Shown piece by piece: positions 59,490 through 64,000 of a DNA stretch of 64,000 bases; position 1 is the stretch's first letter, and each line of letters begins with the position of its first letter. Source of the DNA: Candidatus Kapaibacterium sp. (GTDB taxonomy: Bacteria; Bacteroidota; Ignavibacteria; Kapaibacteriales; UBA2268); contig OY761611.1 of the NCBI GenBank assembly GCA_963664875.1, forward strand, positions 1,888,001 through 1,952,000, in the 5' to 3' direction. The notes beneath the pieces were generated by a model. That model made no database searches. It was given only the letters and a program-made list of their open reading frames with translations, and was not told where the DNA came from. The position numbers and the translations under genes were made by a program.

Positions 59490-62400
59490 TTATTGGATAA
59501 TTCTCCAAGCACCATTGATGTACAAGCATTTAACTGTTTGTTGAGTTGCAACACCAGTACCTAATACTGTAATTGCACCAGCAGAACCACCAATTGCTGC
59601 ATTGTTGTAGATATAAAGGATTTTACCATCTTGACCTGCAGGGAAATTAGCTGAGATAAATGCAGCACCGTCACCACCATTATAAGTAAGAACAGTTTGA
59701 TTAGCAGCAGCTAAAGTTGCAATTGAGTTAAATGAACCAGTTGACAATTGTATGTGACCATCCATAATGCGCAAAGCTTGACCTGTAGCATGAGTTGAAG
59801 TAATTTGCAACGCATCTCCTTGATCAGCTTGAATAATAGCTCCAATTCCAGTACCAGTGTTAGTACCATCAGTTGCATCAACATTTAATGCAGTACCTGC
59901 ACCTGTTACATATGCATTAACTGCAGTACCAGTAGTTGCAGTAGCATTTACCGCCATACCAGTAGATGCAGAAGCACTGATTGCTTGTCCAGCAGCAGCA
60001 AGGTTGGTTGCAGCAATTGCTTGGGTACCTGCACCAGTAGAAGTTGCTACGATTGAAGGATTCGCAAGAGAATTAATTGTTACAGTGTTATTGAACGTAG
60101 AAGTACTACCTACAGCCAAAGTACCAGTAGTTGCAACGTTACCAGTAGTAGCAGCAACAGTGAACTGAGTAGTAGATAAAGAATTACCAGTAATAGCACC
60201 AGAAGCAGTAACAGCACCAGTATTTGCATCTAGAACTACAGAACCAACACCGTCAGTTACAGTAAGATCTGAATCAAAAGTAGTTGCACCGTTAACACCA
60301 CCAGGTAAAGCAACAGCACCAGTGAATGAAGAAGTACCAGCAACAGTGAAGTCAGTAACAGCAGCAGCATCAGAAACTACTACACCACCAACGATACCGC
60401 CAGTAAGAGTAGAAGCACCTGTTACCTCTAGAGTACCACCAACTGTAGTATTACCAGTTACACCTAATGTGCTACCTAAAGTAGTTGCTCCAGTTACACC
60501 CAATGTATTGTTTACTTGAGTTGCACCAGCTACAGTCAATGCATCACCTAAAGTAGTTGCACCTGTTACACCTAATGTACTACCTAAAGTAGCAGCACCT
60601 GTTGCACCAAATGTATTATTTACTTGAGTTGCACCAGCTACAGTCAAAGTGTTGCCTAAAGTAGTTGCACCTGTTACACCCAATGTGTTACCTAAGGTAG
60701 TTGCACCTGTTACACCTAATGTACCAGAGAAAGTACCATTCGCAGCATTTACATCAGCCATAGTAGCTGTACCAGTTACACCCAAAGTGTTATTGATTTG
60801 AGTTGCACCAGCTACAGTCAAAGTGTTACCTAAAGTAGTAGCACCGGTTACACCTAATGTATTGTTGATTTGAGTTGCACCATTAAGAGTAGTTGCACCA
60901 GCTACTGACAAGTTAGCAGCAAAGCTACCATTACCAGTTACGCCTAATGTACCACCGATAGTAGTGTTACCATCAACATTTAAAGTAGCGTTTAATTCTG
61001 TGTGACCGTCAACATTAACTGTACCATCTACGTCGAAATCTGAAGTAGCACCGATTAAGTTAACATCACCATCGTAATTAGTAGTACCAGTTACAGTGAT
61101 TACGTCAGCAGCGTCGTTACCAAGAGCAACGTTAGCGTTAGCAGCTAAATCACCAGTTAAAGTAGTTGCACCAGTTACAGCTAAAGTGTTACCTAAAGTA
61201 GTTGCACCAGTTACGCCTAAAGTACCACCGAAAGAACCGTTACCAGAGAATGTACCATCTACTGCACCAACGTTACCAGTGAATGTACCATTTACAGCAC
61301 CAAGGTTACCAGTAAGAGTTGCATTTACTGCACCAACGTTACCGGAGAAGTTACCATCTACTGCACCAACGTTACCAGTGAATGTACCATTTACAGCACC
61401 AAGGTTACCAGTAAGAGTTGCATTTACTGCTGAGATATCACCAGTTGCAGCAATATTACCAGTTACATTTAAGCCTGCACCAGCTGTTACTAAACCAGTA
61501 AAATTACCAGTAGTAGCATTCAATGTACCACCTACGAAATTACCGTTAAATTGGTTCGCAGTTACATGACCGTTAGAAGCATCCAAAAGAATTTGATTTG
61601 GTGCAGTACCAACTGTCAAGTTACCGGATACAGTAAGAGCACCGATAGTTGCATCATTTACAGTCAAATCAGCAGTACCATCAAGAGCACCAGTGATTTG
61701 AGCAGTAAGAGCTTGAAGCAAACCTGTCAATGTAGCATTAGTAGCATTAACATCTGTAGCATTAACATCTGTAGCATTAACAGTTGTAATGTTACCAGTT
61801 GTAGAGTTTACTGTAGTGATATTACCAGTAGTAGAGTTCAAAGTAGTGATAGTACCAGTGTTAGCTTGGATATCATCAACTACTAAGTTACCGTTAGGCA
61901 TATTTATTTGAGCGTTAGCGCCAAGCATGTTGATTTGTGCGTTAGCGCCATTCATAATAATCTGAGCATTTGGATTAGTTGCTGCATTGAAAGTCAAGTT
62001 TTTAGTAGTAATGTTAACATCACCATCTACTGTTAAATCTTGACCAACAGTCATATCTTGAGAGATTTGACCATTTTGAGCAGTCATCTGACCATTGATT
62101 ACAGTATTACCATTAACAGTTGCGTTACCGTTAAGAGTTGTGATACCATTTACAGTCAAAGCAGTAAGAGTAGAAGTACCATTAAAGTTACCTAAGAAAT
62201 TAGGAGCAGTTACATCTACAGTGAAAGTAGGAGCTACGTCAGTGTAAACTGTAGCAGCATCTACAATTGCTCTGTCAATAATATCATTATCAACTACATC
62301 ACCTGCTAATTGATCAACATCTAAATCGCCAGTAATGTTAGCAGCAGTACCAGATACGTTACCAGTTACATTACCAGTTAAGTTACCCCAGAACATAGGA

Positions 62401-63998
62401 GCTGTTACATCTACAGTAAAAGTAGGAGCTACATCTGTATAAACTGTAGCAGCATCTACAATTGCTCTGTCAATAATATCATTATCAACTACATCACCAA
62501 CCAATTGGTCAACATCTAAGTCACCAGTTAAGTTAGTTGCACTAGTAGCTGTTGCAGCATTACCAGTTAAGTCACCAATAAACATAGGAGCTGTTACATT
62601 AACTGTAAAAGTAGGAGCTACGTCAGTGTAAACTGTAGCAGCATCTACAATCGCTCTGTCAATAATATCATTATCAACTACATCACCAACTAATTGGTCA
62701 ACATCTAAGTCACCAGTTAATGCGATAGCTGCATCAGCAGTACCAGTCAAGTCACCAACAAAATGAGGAGCTGTTACATCATTTACAAATGTAGGAGCAA
62801 CTGCATCATAAAGAGCAACGTTAGCTGTCAAACGAGCATCAGCTAAAGTACCAGTAGTGATGTTTGTAGCATTGATATCAGTGATAGCAGCACCGTTACC
62901 TGCGAAAGTAGCAGCATTAACAGCACCTGTTACATTTGCATCACCACCAACAGTGATATCATTTGCAATTGTGAAAGAACCAGTTGAAATTTGACCAGCA
63001 ACATTTACGTTACCATCGAAATCTACATCTTTATCAAATGTAAGGTTATCGCCGGCAGCAGGAGCAGTGATAGTGATTGCTTCAGCGCCTTCGCCTACAG
63101 TGATAGTGTTAAGGATTTCTAACATGTGACCGTGAGCTGTAGAGTTCCAGTAGATATCGCCTTTAGTTACTAAAGCGATTTTACCAGGAACATTTGAAGT
63201 ATTTTCGATAACTACAGCACCAGTTGGATTTGGATTAGCCAAAGTAACCCAACCGTCAACGTTTTCGTTGTTAGCAGTGAAGTGACCTGCAACTGCAAGA
63301 CCATTGTCAGAAGTAGTAGTTACTTCCATACCTTTGTGAAGAACGTTAGCAGTAGCACCAACAACATTGTTGTCAACTTTAACGCCGGCAGTCATGTAAC
63401 CATTATCTTCACTGATATTAGTCATGAATTTAGCGCCATAAGAAGTGCCTTCCAAAGTAGTAAGGTTAGTAGTTACTAACAAAGCACCTTGAGAAGATTC
63501 GCCGTCAGTTGTACGGTCGATGTGAGCAGTTGCAACGTTATCGCCACCACCCATAACTTTCAATGCTTCACCGTTTGTATCAGTTTGAGGAACTTTTACA
63601 TAGATACCGCCGCCTTCTACATCAGTTTTAGTGATGTCGATAGCAGTAACGTTTTCAGTTGGACCATTGTGAGTAATAGGAAGAGTGAAGTTAGCATCTT
63701 TCCACATAGGAGCTTTTGCAATTGGATCCCAAGTCATTACTTGACCTTGAACAGGAACTGCATCATAAGAGAATTCCCATTTGCCATCTTTCCAGAAGAT
63801 AACCTGACCATTTACATCAGCACCGTCAACCATGTCAAGTGCAGTTGGAGCCATCCAAGCAGCATTGCCATTAGCGTCAACCATTAATTTATATCCTTCC
63901 ATCGCACCGGCAGTACTCAAGTACATAGGAGTGATAGAACCAGGAGCTACTAAATCAAGAACAGCACCCCATGCAGCAGTGCCATTAGCACCAACATA
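59490..63998 (-). CDS. Large Gly/Thr/Asn/Ala-rich beta-repeat (fibre-like) protein, 5' end outside the window
   Basis: Frame stays open to the window edge (YVGANGTAAWGAVLDLVAPGSITPMYL...). Nested 5, 10, 11, 12 and ~64 aa repeats. Strongly biased codons. Confidence 0.8.
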   Translation of the reverse strand, partial: YVGANGTAAWGAVLDLVAPGSITPMYLSTAGAMEGYKLMVDANGNAAWMAPTALDMVDGADVNGQVIFWKDGKWEFSYDAVPVQGQVMTWDPIAKAPMWKDANFTLPITHNGPTENVTAIDITKTDVEGGGIYVKVPQTDTNGEALKVMGGGDNVATAHIDRTTDGESSQGALLVTTNLTTLEGTSYGAKFMTNISEDNGYMTAGVKVDNNVVGATANVLHKGMEVTTTSDNGLAVAGHFTANNENVDGWVTLANPNPTGAVVIENTSNVPGKIALVTKGDIYWNSTAHGHMLEILNTITVGEGAEAITITAPAAGDNLTFDKDVDFDGNVNVAGQISTGSFTIANDITVGGDANVTGAVNAATFAGNGAAITDINATNITTGTLADARLTANVALYDAVAPTFVNDVTAPHFVGDLTGTADAAIALTGDLDVDQLVGDVVDNDIIDRAIVDAATVYTDVAPTFTVNVTAPMFIGDLTGNAATATSATNLTGDLDVDQLVGDVVDNDIIDRAIVDAATVYTDVAPTFTVDVTAPMFWGNLTGNVTGNVSGTAANITGDLDVDQLAGDVVDNDIIDRAIVDAATVYTDVAPTFTVDVTAPNFLGNFNGTSTLTALTVNGITTLNGNATVNGNTVINGQMTAQNGQISQDMTVGQDLTVDGDVNITTKNLTFNAATNPNAQIIMNGANAQINMLGANAQINMPNGNLVVDDIQANTGTITTLNSTTGNITTVNSTTGNITTVNATDVNATDVNATNATLTGLLQALTAQITGALDGTADLTVNDATIGALTVSGNLTVGTAPNQILLDASNGHVTANQFNGNFVGGTLNATTGNFTGLVTAGAGLNVTGNIAATGDISAVNATLTGNLGAVNGTFTGNVGAVDGNFSGNVGAVNATLTGNLGAVNGTFTGNVGAVDGTFSGNGSFGGTLGVTGATTLGNTLAVTGATTLTGDLAANANVALGNDAADVITVTGTTNYDGDVNLIGATSDFDVDGTVNVDGHTELNATLNVDGNTTIGGTLGVTGNGSFAANLSVAGATTLNGATQINNTLGVTGATTLGNTLTVAGATQINNTLGVTGTATMADVNAANGTFSGTLGVTGATTLGNTLGVTGATTLGNTLTVAGATQVNNTFGATGAATLGSTLGVTGATTLGDALTVAGATQVNNTLGVTGATTLGSTLGVTGNTTVGGTLEVTGASTLTGGIVGGVVVSDAAAVTDFTVAGTSSFTGAVALPGGVNGATTFDSDLTVTDGVGSVVLDANTGAVTASGAITGNSLSTTQFTVAATTGNVATTGTLAVGSTSTFNNTVTINSLANPSIVATSTGAGTQAIAATNLAAAGQAISASASTGMAVNATATTGTAVNAYVTGAGTALNVDATDGTNTGTGIGAIIQADQGDALQITSTHATGQALRIMDGHIQLSTGSFNSIATLAAANQTVLTYNGGDGAAFISANFPAGQDGKILYIYNNAAIGGSAGAITVLGTGVATQQTVKCLYINGAWRIIQ

Positions 63999-64000
63999 CA

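Noticed and set aside
40498-63887. Many + strand ORFs antisense to the giant and fibre genes, and similar shadow ORFs elsewhere
   Set aside because: Shadow frames caused by codon bias and repeats in the real genes.
59490-64000. Prophage tail-fibre region
   Set aside because: No other phage genes in the window. The gene has host-like high-expression codons and its own terminator, though upstream context is not visible.

Overview
Chromosomal window from an AT-rich FCB-group bacterium. T9SS C-terminal sorting domains, a TonB receptor/DUF4249 pair and the 'VELRSF' domain point to Ca. Kapabacteria or Ignavibacteria, which is an inference. About half is housekeeping: ribD, ppk2, menF-menD, DAHP synthase, pdxH, PduO-type adenosyltransferase, ymdB, PGM/PMM, manC, a sigma54 activator, mntP, a PlpD-like patatin, acyP, DJ-1 and pepD. 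There are four accessory regions. (1) A dpnC(DpnI)-dpnD methyl-directed restriction cassette. (2) Three tandem secreted VIT-vWA paralogues, each with its own terminator, with near-identical scaffolds but a swapped ~170-250 aa internal segment; one copy carries a TonB-plug-like fragment. (3) A ~24 kb surface-structure locus: a 5,650 aa T9SS-secreted protein of two-Cys Ig-like modules, an FN3-like protein, and a >1,500 aa fibre-like repeat protein running off the window end. (4) Clusters of REP/MITE-like palindromes. No rRNA, tRNA, CRISPR array, reverse transcriptase, integrase or transposase gene was seen. All family calls come from motifs read by eye, not from database searches.
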